Shown here piece after piece: positions 13,101 to 24,239 of a stretch of 64,000 nt of DNA; within the stretch, counting starts at the first letter, position 1; each line of letters begins with the position of its first letter. The stretch comes from Amoebophrya sp. A120 (lineage: Eukaryota; Protista; Dinoflagellata): positions 1,893,666-1,957,665 of the forward strand of contig CAJINV010000009.1 in the NCBI GenBank assembly GCA_905178155.1. The letters run 5' to 3'. Under the pieces are notes generated by a model. That model did no database searches. It was not told the DNA's origin and worked only from the letters and a program-made list of their open reading frames with translations. The position numbers and the translations under genes are program-made.

Positions 13101-14533
13101 CCGGAACGAAGCGATTGAGCGCCCGAGTGTATTCAGAAATAAAAATACGAATACCTTCTCGTAACCTTCCAGGCTCGGATCGCGCGAGAAGATCAGGCAA
13201 TAGATCGAAAAAAAATGGCTGTTCGGCGCAACGTTGTGCGTGAGCATGAAGGCTCCCACGTAGGAGGCCACTTCAAAGCCCAGCTTGTCCTGGAGAATCA
13301 CGTCCAGCAGAGCCCGAAACTCCTCGAGCCGCAACTGGTTATTCTGCTTCCGGCGGGCCATCTGCTCGGCCGCGTGGCGCAGCCGCTCGTTCTTCGACAG
13401 CCACCGCGTCCACAGGGTGCACTCCCGCCCGTGGCTCCCGCCGCCACGACCAGCTGAATGGTGGCCCCGACCGCGGGTGTGGTGGTGCGCGTTGTTGTAG
13501 CCGCTTGCGTTGCCACCCCCGTAATGTTGGCTACTACTTCCGCCCAAGATATTGTTGCCACCGGTATTGCCGCTTGCACCACCACCCGTTCCGTTGTTGT
13601 CGTGGTCCGAGGCACTCCCCACCCCATGGCTAGCACCAAGTCCGTTGGCATTGCCATTTTGGTGCTGTTCATCCGGTCCGCCGTGTTTGTTACTGCTGGA
13701 GGTCGTCGTGGAGGACACCAGTAAGTCTACGAGCTCGTCAAGCCGGAGGGAGCCACTTTGATGTTGATGATGCGAGGTAGTCGCCGCGGCTGCTCCTGTG
13801 CCATTGGCAGCGCTACTGTGGTGGTGATTGTTGTACGATCCTCCTCCGAAGGTGGCTGCGTACGAAGAGTTATTGTGCAGGGTGCTGCTGTTTGACGAGG
13901 CTAGAGTGCCGGCACCGTTCGTCGCCCCGTTGCTTCTCTGGTGGTTGTAGTGATGTTGCCCGCCAGCACCGGCACGGGCCGCCATCTTATTACTCGAGCT
14001 TAGCATCGTGGTGGTCCCAGTAGCGGTTCCGCCGTTCGCAGCAGCGCTCCTGTTGCCTCCAGCAGCATTATAGTCTGGCTGCTGCGGCCCATCGCTGTGG
14101 CCACGGTGCAGGTTCGCAATGCCCCCTCCTCCTGCGGAAGTTCCGCCGACACCTCCACCGATGCTGTCAGTTTATGTTTCTGATGAAATAATCTTCTTGA
14201 TGCCACTGTTTTTAATATTACACAACGATGCGTACAACCATGGTACCGATATCTGCCCTGGTTGCTAGAGTTGGTTTATGCTTATCATGGATGCTGGAAG
14301 TTAGCAAGCATCTGCTCATGTTGATCTTTGTCTTCCTCACCGAGATCCACTCGCTGTCAGTGCTATGATGAAGATGTCTAGAGCCCCCGCAAACAACTTA
14401 TATCGACATCAAGTTCATCCAAGAACCTGCTCCAAGTCGACGAATCCAGATGATCCCAAGCGTTCGGCCCCTGGTCTTGCCACTGCGCATTCGAATTCGT
14501 ATCCTGCCAGCCCGAAGCGGCGTCGCTCGTCAT
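10118..14533 (-). CDS. PPR-like helical-repeat protein with long Q/H/G/S low-complexity regions; exons 14533-14427 (tentative), 14163-13155, 12727-12628, 12363-12134, 11941-10118
   Basis: GT-AG introns at 13154-12728 and 12133-11942 plus an introner give a continuous ...EGYEKVSQMFQYVRPLNAHTFASLIRCHGALHDSISAV(L)RVLKHFRE..., which resembles a PPR motif. The first intron (14426-14164) is less certain. Confidence 0.7.
12365..12626. mobile_element. MITE-like introner (262 bp), 26-bp TIR, perfect 5-bp TSD
   Basis: TIR TATCAA(A/G)TGTAAAAATGTCTGGGTCT matches at 25/26. TSD CGCAC at 12360-12364 and 12627-12631. Four internal GCATGACA motifs. Confidence 0.9.
12867..13070 (+). repeat. Three imperfect ~30-bp direct repeats inside an intron
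   Basis: CCGCGAAAT followed by an A/T tract, near 12867, 13000 and 13039. Confidence 0.6.
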
Positions 14534-15576
14534 GTTGCTGTTGGTGCCTTCTACGTATTTCTTGCTACAACTTGATGACGCCTGAAGAACACGACTACCG
14601 CTGCTGTCGTCAAAAAGCTGCGACCACTAAAACGTCAGCCTCTGCACCCAGTCGCCGACCTGCTAAGTCAAACAGAAAATCTAACAAAGATAGAGAGATA
14701 CTTTTGTGTGCTAGTACTACTACAGAACAAAAATTCATATTTACCCAAACATGCAAAATTCCCTGCCGCGGTCGCTCCTTACTCTCTTTCTTTCCTTCAT
14801 ACGCAACACCCGCACCCAATCCGAAATATGAGAAAAAAAAACGACGACGACCTGTAATATTGGCGCTCAGTGTCATTGCGCTAGCAGACGACACAGGCAT
14901 TCCTAATTCCCCCACTCCCCTGCTGAAACCGATCTTCATCTTGATTCTTGCAAGGCTTCCTCTCATCACTCAGTTGGGGCATAGAAATTTCGAGGTTTGC
15001 ATTGCACGGTGGCAAGACATACTTTTACTTCATCACTTCTATTGCTAGTAGAGCAGGTCTGAATTGTCTTGGACATGAATTGGGACACCTCTCGACAGCA
15101 CGAGCACGACCAAACTATTCGTTTTCTTTGACTCGCCGTCTGGCATCCTGTCCTTTTCCGTATTGACGATTCCATGATGAAGGAGGTCCGTGGCAGCTCA
15201 TGAAGCCCAATAAAGCAGAGACCAAAGAACAAATTTGAATACAAGCGAACATCGCACTGCACAGCGGATTCTCTCCTGCGAGGCTGAGAGCTGCGCTTAT
15301 TTCGCAATCGCTGTCGTGAACTCATGTCGTCGTGCCCCGGTGCCGGAGTAATCACGGAACCATAGGTGAGAAAGAGAGGGACAAACTACTATGGTATTAC
15401 TGTTCATCGAGCTAGCTACAGCTCAAAGAACTACTACTTCAAGTTTCTTTTCTTGTCGCTGAATATTTGTCGCCGGAGGTGTGGTTGGGGTTGAGCTTGG
15501 AGGAGAAAACAGATTCTACCGCGTTTTCAAGTTTGTAGAAGTAGAACTTCGATTAATATCGATACCCTTGGTCCTC

Positions 15577-18472
15577 CTACAAGTCTTGATCTTTTCCCCT
15601 AGTACCGCCTCGACTATACACCGAGGATGGTCGGCTATTTTTGCCCGCTGTCGTCCCTCGATTTCCGCCGGAGGTCTGTGAGGAGGAAGATCCGCCACCT
15701 GTTCGAGGACTGCTGCTCGCAGTACTTCTGGACTGCTGTGATCTAGTTGTGGTTCTACTATTCGAGGCGGCGCGGTCGCTCTTCTCGTCTCCCGAAGAAT
15801 CAGCGTAGGAGTGCCCCCCGCCGTACTGATTTGTCGAGCTATCGTAAGGAAAAATCCCCCCTCCCCATATCGAAAACGAAACTTGTGTTGCTGTGTTTGA
15901 GTACACAAATCACATTTGTCTTGCAGTAAGGCACTCCGGCCAGATCCGCAGCCTAGGTGGGAGAGCTCAGGTCTAGTTGTTCAGCATTGCAAAAGGCTAC
16001 CCTCTAGGACCAAGAGCATGCCAAATCGCTTCACAATTGGGCAGATGCCTCTGCGCTTGTCCTTTTGCAAGACAAACCTGATTTGTGGCCACAAATCAGC
16101 AACACAAATTTTCGGAAACATACCTTTTTGATATGGGGAGGGGGGATTTTTCCTCTCAATACGAGCCGCCGCTTCTACTATGCTGGCCGTGACTCGGGGC
16201 GCCGCCCATGCTGTAGCCGCTGCTGGTGCCACCTCCCCCACCCATGCCACCGAAAAAGTGGGTAGCGGCGTGGTAGAGTTTCGGGTGGCTGGATTTGATG
16301 GTCTCGAGCTTGTCGCAGGAGGTCTTCGGCATGGACTTGGCTCGCTCCATCTCCTTCGACCGGGAGGTCGGATCGGCGATTTTCCGTGCCTGCATCACGC
16401 GCTTCCACATTTTCTTTTCCTGGTACTCGCACTCCGACTGCTGGGAGCGGATGAACTGCATCTCCACCTCCTCCTCCAGCTCCAGCCGGTTCGCTTTGTT
16501 TTTCGGAAACTGCTGGTTAAAGTCCCGTTCGCTGTGGACAAAATACTGCGCCTTCAGCCGCGACGTCTTCTGCTCCACCTGGAACGTCGAGTCGCGCGTC
16601 AGGGAAAACCTGTTTAGTCGTAGTTGCAGGGAAAGATAAGAAGAGCTAACTACAGCGATGAGGCCGTGACTTCTTATTTCCATCGCAATTTTTTGCTATT
16701 CCTAGCTAGTACCGAACAATGGTGCAAAACTGTCGAACCTATGTTGCCAAGGTACAAAAAAGAGTCTTTTTTTCTTGTATGAGCATAGGAATTCTTTGGG
16801 AATTCAAAATAGCGAAGCGAAAAAAATAGTGCTAAGTAGTACACTCGATGGGTCCTTGGCTGGAATATTCCGGACGACGTAAGTGCGGTGAGAATGACGA
16901 AGAGCAGGGGGAGTAAATTCAAAAGTTGTTGTCGCTGTACGTCTTCTGGAGCTGTTTTCATTTTTTTTTTTGCGCATGAATGTGACAATCACAATGCTCG
17001 TCTTGGTCATCGAAGTGTACCACTGCATTATGTAAATCAACGGGACCAAGTCCAAGAGCACCACAACCGCGTGCTACACAAAGGCAAATCCAGCACTAGT
17101 CTATGTGAATTATCTTTTCCGCACCTGCTTGCTGCTGCTGTCGCTGCGCGCCGCGAGCACCTCCAGGGTGCCTGTTCTGCTGCTGCATCCGACCCCCGTT
17201 GAAGAACATGTCGAAAAAGTCGTTTGCTGTCATAAACTCCTCCTGGCGAAAATTTGTCTGCTGCTCAGCTCGATCGGGATCGCCACATTGGTCGTAGATG
17301 CGTCTGTGTGTAGGAAAAAAAATGCCAGACTAGAAAGGTTTTTCATGATTTCATAGTTGCGACGTGGCTGCGAGAGCAACATCAGTGATTTCATCATGAT
17401 TATGGCTTCAAAATCTAAATCGTACCAACAACGTGCCAAAAATTAGACGTACCTTTTATTTGTGTCTTCCAGACACTGCACGGCTTTGCTGAGTTTTTTG
17501 AAGGCTTCTTCCGCGCCCGGCGCCCCGTTCTTGTCCGGGTGCAGCTTGAGCGCCAGCTTCTTGTAGGCCTTTTTGATTTCGTCGACCGAGGCCGTTTTTG
17601 TCAGCCCCATCAATGCGTAGAAGTCCTTGGTGCGGAGAATTTTCTGCACGAGCTGCATTTGCTCCGGCGTGTACTCCCGTTTGGGCTGCGTGGCGGCCTT
17701 GGCGCTCGCGCTCGAACTGGTACCTGCTCGGCCCGCTGCGGTGGGGCGCGTAGTTTGACTCGACGAGGACGACGAAGAGCCGCCGCTGTTCGGTGCGGCA
17801 CCTCCTCGACTCGTCGGGTTATTTGCTGCCCCAGCACCTCCTGCTCGCGCGTTCGCGGTGGCACCAGCAGTTCGTGGTTGCTGCGCCCCCGCTGTAGTGG
17901 GCCCAGCGCCGGCGCGCGGCCTCTGGTGCTGGCCGGCGGTGGCTCCGCCGGTTGCTGCCCCATTAGTGCTGGTGGTTCCGCGCCTGCTGTTGGCACGCCT
18001 TCTGGCGCTGCCGCCGCTGCGATTCCTCGCGTTCTGCTGAGCTTGGCGGGAGAGGTACGCGGTGAGAAGGCTGCGCATGGCACCCGGATCGGCGCCCAGC
18101 CTGACAGCCTTTTCCATGAACCTGGTTTGTGTTTTCAATGATGCTCTCGTTGCACTTTTCCTTGACTTCATGCTCTTGTCTGGTGTCGTGGTCAAAAATT
18201 ACAACAAGATGAATTTCATCAAAGCATCATGAAGAGTTAGAGTGATATACATCCGCGTGGTCATCATCTTAGTGAATGATCATTATCTTTTACACGACTA
18301 ACCGGCAGTAAATTCATCTTGCCACTACTAGCAAAATCTTCAGCAAAAAGTATAAATCGAGAGAGTACTTCTGCGCTTTCTCCTTGTCGCCCTGGGAGAT
18401 CGCTTCCCGCATGCGCGCTGTACACTGATCCACACCATCTTGGTTAATGTTCGCGGTCATTTGCGCAGTCAT
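15577..18472 (-). CDS. DNAJB12/DNAJB14-like ER membrane J-domain protein; exons 18472-18369, 18121-17453, 17303-17125, 16951-16843, 16609-16163, 15838-15577
   Basis: N-terminal NQDGVDQC...AQKFMEKAVRL motif, J domain with HPD (LKLHPDKNGAPGAEEAFK), TM helix LLPLLFVILTAL and DUF1977-like region. Four GT-AG introns plus an introner; ends in KDQDL. Confidence 0.88.
15840..16161. mobile_element. MITE-like introner (322 bp), ~86-96-bp imperfect TIRs, perfect 5-bp TSD
   Basis: Perfect 25-bp inverted core AGGAAAAATCCCCCCTCCCCATATC (15847-15871 vs 16130-16154). TAT...ATA ends. TSD CGAGC at 15835-15839 and 16162-16166. Confidence 0.9.
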
Positions 18473-20153
18473 ATTTTCTTCTTCTCACAGCTCCTACGAT
18501 CTTCCGCCCTGCTATCGTTCGTGCGCGAATGGGAAGTGCTGGCTCGAAGTCGAACTGATTCTTCTTCCCTTCTTACTCTTAGCTCCCCTCGCGTCTGGTG
18601 GTTCACGTTCTTTCCAATTGCAATTGGCTCGCTTCTTTTCGTCAACTACTGCGTTGCCTAGTTGTCGCAGCCAGTGCACTGTAATACGAGAATCCGGTTA
18701 CATCATCTCCTCGCCAAGGGAATGGACGAGACAAGGCAGAGACGGTTTGCGGCACGAGCGAACGCCAACACGAACCATGGACATGGTTTTCTCTATCTGT
18801 CTCTGCTGCGGCATTATGAAGACACTAAGACTACTAGATCGATGCAGGACGACGTTGACGAGCCAGGATGTAATACTACAGATATGAGTTGGAGTTCTGT
18901 ATGGAGACGATAACAGGGAAAATAGAAATACAGGGACAAGACTCCTGCGCAGCTATATTACCTCGAAGACTTTGCTACCGGAGAAATGACTTTGAGTTTG
19001 AGAAGATGACAGGACAAAAATAAAAATATTTCTTTCACTTTTCCTTCAAAACTTTGTTGCGAGATCTCATCGGGAATGTATCTTCTGTCTTCAGACAAGG
19101 AAGCAGAGCTGCCGGGGGGAAAAGTCAGCAGGCGTGTTGAGATTTAGTTCTAGTCGAGCTTGTAAAACAGGGGGCCTGAAGGCGTTCGAATTCCGCAAAA
19201 AAATGTGCGTGGAAAAATAACAAAAACGGCACACTTAGTTGTCCAATCAACTCGACAAAACGACGAATAGATTGTGTTTGTGATTGATTAGGTGAGCCAA
19301 AAGTATTCAAAACGGCAGGACTGAACGTGGATTGTGTTGGTTGAACGAGCGGGTCTAGTGATCCTCCTATTATTTTTTTTCTTTGCACGAAGTAAGTTTT
19401 TTGTACGTGCTGAACCGCACCAATCGCCTACTTCTTCGTCGAAACGAAAAAGAACTGCAATTGCATTTTTTTTTGTACTACTGGTGGTGGTGCTTGATGT
19501 TGATGGCGGGAGCAATACAAATGGTTTTGCTTTATTTGCATTTATGTGTTTCGTCCGGTCGTCGCCGGTGGAGGACAGTACATTGCATTGAGAAGTCTTT
19601 TACGGGAGTAGAACAACTTAAACGAAATTTTGATGTGCATGTGGGTGTGGCACCCGCGAAACTGAGAGCCGTTCTTGTCGGGATACTAGGGCTTTCTTGT
19701 TGAGCACGACATCAAACTAGGGCGTTTATTCCATAATTGAGTAGAAACTCATGCCCGTTGTGGTTGTACACAAATCTTCGACGGCAACATCTTCTGTATC
19801 AAGCGTGATCGTTTAGCAAGGTTCTATCGGACACCGAGTTCAAGAGTTTCAAGCTCATGCTCAAGAAACACAAAAGGGAGTAAGCGACAACATCAACATG
19901 TGTTTTCGTCGTGGTAGGCAAGACGCTCCCAAGTAAATACAACAAAGACTTTCTTCAAAAAGTTTCAAAAAATCATACAAGAACATTGCGTCTGCGCTTT
20001 TCCTTTTTGCAAGAACTCGTGCTTCTATCTTCTGGTTACGTTTATGCTTTGCCGGTACATCAACATGACAGTTGTCGGAATCGCCCACCCCCAGGTTGTC
20101 GGTCTACTTCACTCGAGGACATCCATGTTTTGCATCCTCTCTTCATCAGCTTC

Positions 20154-22499
20154 CTACAGGAGCAGGTTGCTGCTGCTGCTTCCGACGACGCGCACGCTTT
20201 TTTTGCAGAGGTCCACACCCCTGCCTTCCAAGCCGAACTTCTGAATGCCCGTCACGCGTCGGTAGCCGCCGGACGAGTAGAGGATGTTCTCGTCCGACAG
20301 GCCCTCGGCCTTCAGCTTTTTTGCGTAGTCCTTGCCGAAGATCTTCACTTTGTTCTTGGTGGTCGGCGACAGAAAGACCGAGATGGCGCCCCAAATCATC
20401 TGGAAAATGAAGGGCGAGTTGATCAGCAGAATCTTGTACGCCGAGTCCGGGCTGAAATACTCGTACCGCTTCACGAACTCCGCGAAAAATTGGATTTTCC
20501 GCTGCAAGTTCTTCTGCGACTTCAGCGTCCACGCCATATCGAGCACTATGACGTTTTTGTACTGCAAAACTGAGGTCGTGTCACGATCTTCCTGAGCAGC
20601 TGACGAGGATGTTGCAGATGGTTCTTGGTTTCTATTTGTAGTCTTTTCCTGTTCATCTTCTAGAATCGCGTGATTTGTCCGCATCTTCTCCACCAGAGTT
20701 CCGTTCAGCCGCCGTATGTTTTCCGTGACGCAGTACTCCATCTGCAGCATGGGTTCCAGCATGCGCTCGCTCCCCACCTCATCGATCGCGGAGAAGTCCA
20801 ACAGATGCCACAAAACCGGATACCCATAAAAGGTCTCGTATCCGAGGTGCAAAACCTCGTAGTCCAGCCACTGGCGCTCCCGTGCGGACAAGTGCGCCAC
20901 GGCGTACGTGAACGGGGGCGGGATCAAGGCTGTTGATGCTACAGCAGCCTTCTGCTGGCTCGCGGTCGTGCCCGCACCTCCTGGTGGCGCCGAGTGAGCG
21001 TGCGTGAGCCGAGCTAAATCTTCCTGACCACTCGCCGCGAAAAATTCCGCTGTGTTTTCGGAAATTCTTGCTTTTCCACTGTTAGGGTTGTTCTGATCCC
21101 TTTTCATGGAGGGGCTGGGCGTCGCGCTGCTAGATGAAGCGGTTGAAAGCAGCCCGAGCTTGCTTCGCTCCTGCATGGCCATGCGGAAACAGCGCTCCGT
21201 GACTTGGCTACGGTCGCGCTCCTTGCGGTACCCGAAGACAAACTGCCAGATCAATGATTCGTCCAGCCGAAAACCTCCATGCTTCGGAGCAAACTCGCGC
21301 GCGAAAAGTTTCTCGAGGCGCTCGAACATCAGATTGTCGCGGTCGTCCCGCTGCTCGTACGTCTGCGTCTCCAGGTTCTTTTGGTAGCTCGCTGGAGTGC
21401 GCCGGAACTTGCTGTGCGTGGCGGAGTTGGTGCTTGAAATCTTCCCAGCTCCTGCCGTAAGAGTGCCTTGAGGGGTTGACGATACGGAGCCGGGAAGTTG
21501 TGGATTCTGCCTGTAGTTCCCATAACTGCTTCCTGTCGCTGCCGCGGTCCCGTTTGGTACTCCGGGTCCTCCCGCGGCAGACCGATGCCTTCGCCACCCC
21601 TGGTCGCGGTCGCTGGCGCTGCGATTTGCCTCCGACTCACACGTGTGGAATCCCGCACTGGAGTGTGACCTGGTGAGTTCGCGACTCGGCATACGCTCAA
21701 AGTCTGAGTGGTCGTGAGCTGTCGCAAAGCCTCCGGAGCTAGGTTGAAGTTGTCCACCTTGTGAAGACAAGACTCCCCCGCCCGGAAAACCGAAAGAGAA
21801 CGAAGAATGCGGGAACAAGCCTGGGGATTGTTGTACTGGCTGCGCCTGAGCACCAGCACCCGCTGCGTTCGCGGACCCAGCGCTATACAATTGGGAGGAA
21901 GACGATTTCCGTTTTATCGCCACCACGGGGGGCTCAAACCCGAGACAACACGCGCGCCCCCACCAGTGGAGCACGCCCTGTAGACAGGCGGCCATGATGC
22001 TGCTGTCGTCAACGATGTGGCTGACGCGCTGGCTTGATGTTCGGGGAAGCGCCGCGGACTTGTCAGCACGTAGAAGCTGATGGTGAGGCGGAGAGGCTAG
22101 TAGTCCTCCAGGTGTGCTACCGCTGAGCTTGTATAGGCTCGGGCTGGCTGTTGATGAGTAGGGATAATTCAAATGCGGGCTATTGCTCGGCACGTAAGCA
22201 GGAAGTTGAGGCTGTGCTAGAGCGTAGTTTCCTCCGCTTCCGCTCTTGCGATTAGGATTTGCGAACTCCTCGTGACCGTTGTTTGTGTTGCCAGTGCCAC
22301 TCGTTCTTCCTTTTGGAGCTAGCCGCAGCTGCTCAAGATCGTCCTCATGGTCCTTTAGAAGGAATAACTTTCGCGAGGAGGGGGCGGTATCAGATTTACC
22401 CACGTTTCCCGTGGTGGAAAAGAGCTTTGGCGTGTTGATGAGCTGCTGAGACCCGGCCGCATTCTCAATACTCGAAGTGCGCGTCGAAGCGGTGGACAT
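20154..22499 (-). CDS. CRAL-TRIO (Sec14-like) lipid-binding domain protein
   Basis: 781-aa ORF; C-terminal VIVLDM...YFSPDSAYKILLINSPFIFQMIWGAISVFLSPTTKNKVKIFG matches the Sec14 signature. Confidence 0.85.
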   Translation of the reverse strand: MSTASTRTSSIENAAGSQQLINTPKLFSTTGNVGKSDTAPSSRKLFLLKDHEDDLEQLRLAPKGRTSGTGNTNNGHEEFANPNRKSGSGGNYALAQPQLPAYVPSNSPHLNYPYSSTASPSLYKLSGSTPGGLLASPPHHQLLRADKSAALPRTSSQRVSHIVDDSSIMAACLQGVLHWWGRACCLGFEPPVVAIKRKSSSSQLYSAGSANAAGAGAQAQPVQQSPGLFPHSSFSFGFPGGGVLSSQGGQLQPSSGGFATAHDHSDFERMPSRELTRSHSSAGFHTCESEANRSASDRDQGWRRHRSAAGGPGVPNGTAAATGSSYGNYRQNPQLPGSVSSTPQGTLTAGAGKISSTNSATHSKFRRTPASYQKNLETQTYEQRDDRDNLMFERLEKLFAREFAPKHGGFRLDESLIWQFVFGYRKERDRSQVTERCFRMAMQERSKLGLLSTASSSSATPSPSMKRDQNNPNSGKARISENTAEFFAASGQEDLARLTHAHSAPPGGAGTTASQQKAAVASTALIPPPFTYAVAHLSARERQWLDYEVLHLGYETFYGYPVLWHLLDFSAIDEVGSERMLEPMLQMEYCVTENIRRLNGTLVEKMRTNHAILEDEQEKTTNRNQEPSATSSSAAQEDRDTTSVLQYKNVIVLDMAWTLKSQKNLQRKIQFFAEFVKRYEYFSPDSAYKILLINSPFIFQMIWGAISVFLSPTTKNKVKIFGKDYAKKLKAEGLSDENILYSSGGYRRVTGIQKFGLEGRGVDLCKKSVRVVGSSSSNLLL

Positions 22500-24239
22500 A
22501 TTTTCGTGTCTCGGGTGCTTCTTGTTGGGCTGCGGCTACGACGATTGGTTCATCCTCTTGACTTTTTCTACACCTATCCACCACCACGAAACGAAAGCGT
22601 GGAGGAATACAATAATTTTTGCTCCTTGGAGATGCGCACATCGATGTTAATGATAATTTCCGACGAAATCGAAAAGATAAAGATGCGATTAGGAGGTAGT
22701 TTCAGAAAGGTAATTGCGAGGTGCTGGCGTGCTGCGTGGAAAACCTACGATGCTGATATCTATGATCTTGATCTTCTGAGCGACTCGCTACAGAAGTTCT
22801 TGGAGAAAACAGAATATTAAAATGGAAATGCTTCTTGCGCTGTGGTCTTACTGGTCTTATGTGAAGAATAAAGTGCATGAGAAAGCTAAAGCTAGCCCAT
22901 CGTCCATGAATACATATTTTGTCGCCAACGTCACACACCGTCACCCGGGTTGGGCGTTCAAATTCGTTGTGAAAATTTACTGGAGGACTGCATGGTCAAG
23001 TCATGGTGGGAGGTAAGATGAAACGATCTCTGCTCATTCTTAGCGTTAGGGTGCGCATGCGCCTGTGTCATCTATCCGTGCTAGCTCTACTACACATCGA
23101 CAGGAGGAGGCTTTTGGGCAGTTGGGGTTAGGGACCTGCTTCAGGTGCGTGTGTTGATATTGCGGCTTTATCTTCGAAAATGCTCTGCACGAACCTAAAG
23201 AGCTTTCTTATGCTTATCTTCGTCTTCCAAATAGGTTCTTGTACTAGCCTATTCGTTATCATTTCTTTTTCTACTGCTCGTGCGTGTGCCTCATCTCTTT
23301 GAAGCCGTAGCCATTCTTACATTATCTCGACCTCCTCCCTCTTTGCAACTGCACGCAATCAACCATACTCCTGTTGCGCGAGGACTTTCTTCGCACTTTC
23401 GCTTTGACAAACGCAGGAGCAGGACATCGAGATTTAAGCCCAATGTGAGTTGTTCAAAAGCAGCTGGGAGAGCACCAGAGCAGTTAGCACACAAAGTCAC
23501 GTAAAACGACGTCCTAGACCGAAGACTAACCACTTCGTTGAATTCTGTGTGTACTAGGACCGAATGAATCACGCGGCGCGCGGGTTGCAACCGTCCGATG
23601 TTGTGCCTTTATTACTTCTGGCGATGAATTACCGATTGAAAATCGAAAAACCAAAAAAGGAACATCAGAAAAGCGCCGCATTTGCACGAAATATGCAGTC
23701 CCGGGCAGCACATGCACATGTGACACTGGACAGAAAGAAATTCAACATCGCAAAATTGATCTTCAAAATCGTGAGAGATTGATAGACCCGAAGATGAAAT
23801 CTGGAAAAAGCTACACGATAGCAAACGAAAACTACAACAAGCAGGCGTTTCATCAAACGCGTAATACTAAATTCGATCGCTTCAAACGCCCAACTACAAG
23901 CTTTGTACTTCTAAATTTGATGCGGTTGATAGCTAGGTCGTAGGCGATAGAGAGGATACTACTGATTAAGTAGCGGTCAAAGCAGCGATAACTTCATTTT
24001 CATTTATCATTTATGTAGCTGCCACCGCAAGCGCAACGGTTTAGATTTTCATTTTGATTGTCCACGCTGACTAGGACAATAACAAGCTGAAGTGTCTGCT
24101 AGAATCATATTCATGATTTCCGTACTACATCTACATCTAGCACATGCAACAGAAAAAGAAACTAGATCAGGAAAATGTTGCTACACCGGATCGTCCCCTT
24201 GTCCTGGCGGACGGTGCCACATCGTCCGGTACCTACTAC

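Noticed and set aside
23304-23315. GCCGTAGCCATT, matching the 5' half of the dinoflagellate spliced leader
   Set aside because: Only 12 nt, the TTGGCTCAAG half is absent, and it is on the strand opposite to the genes.
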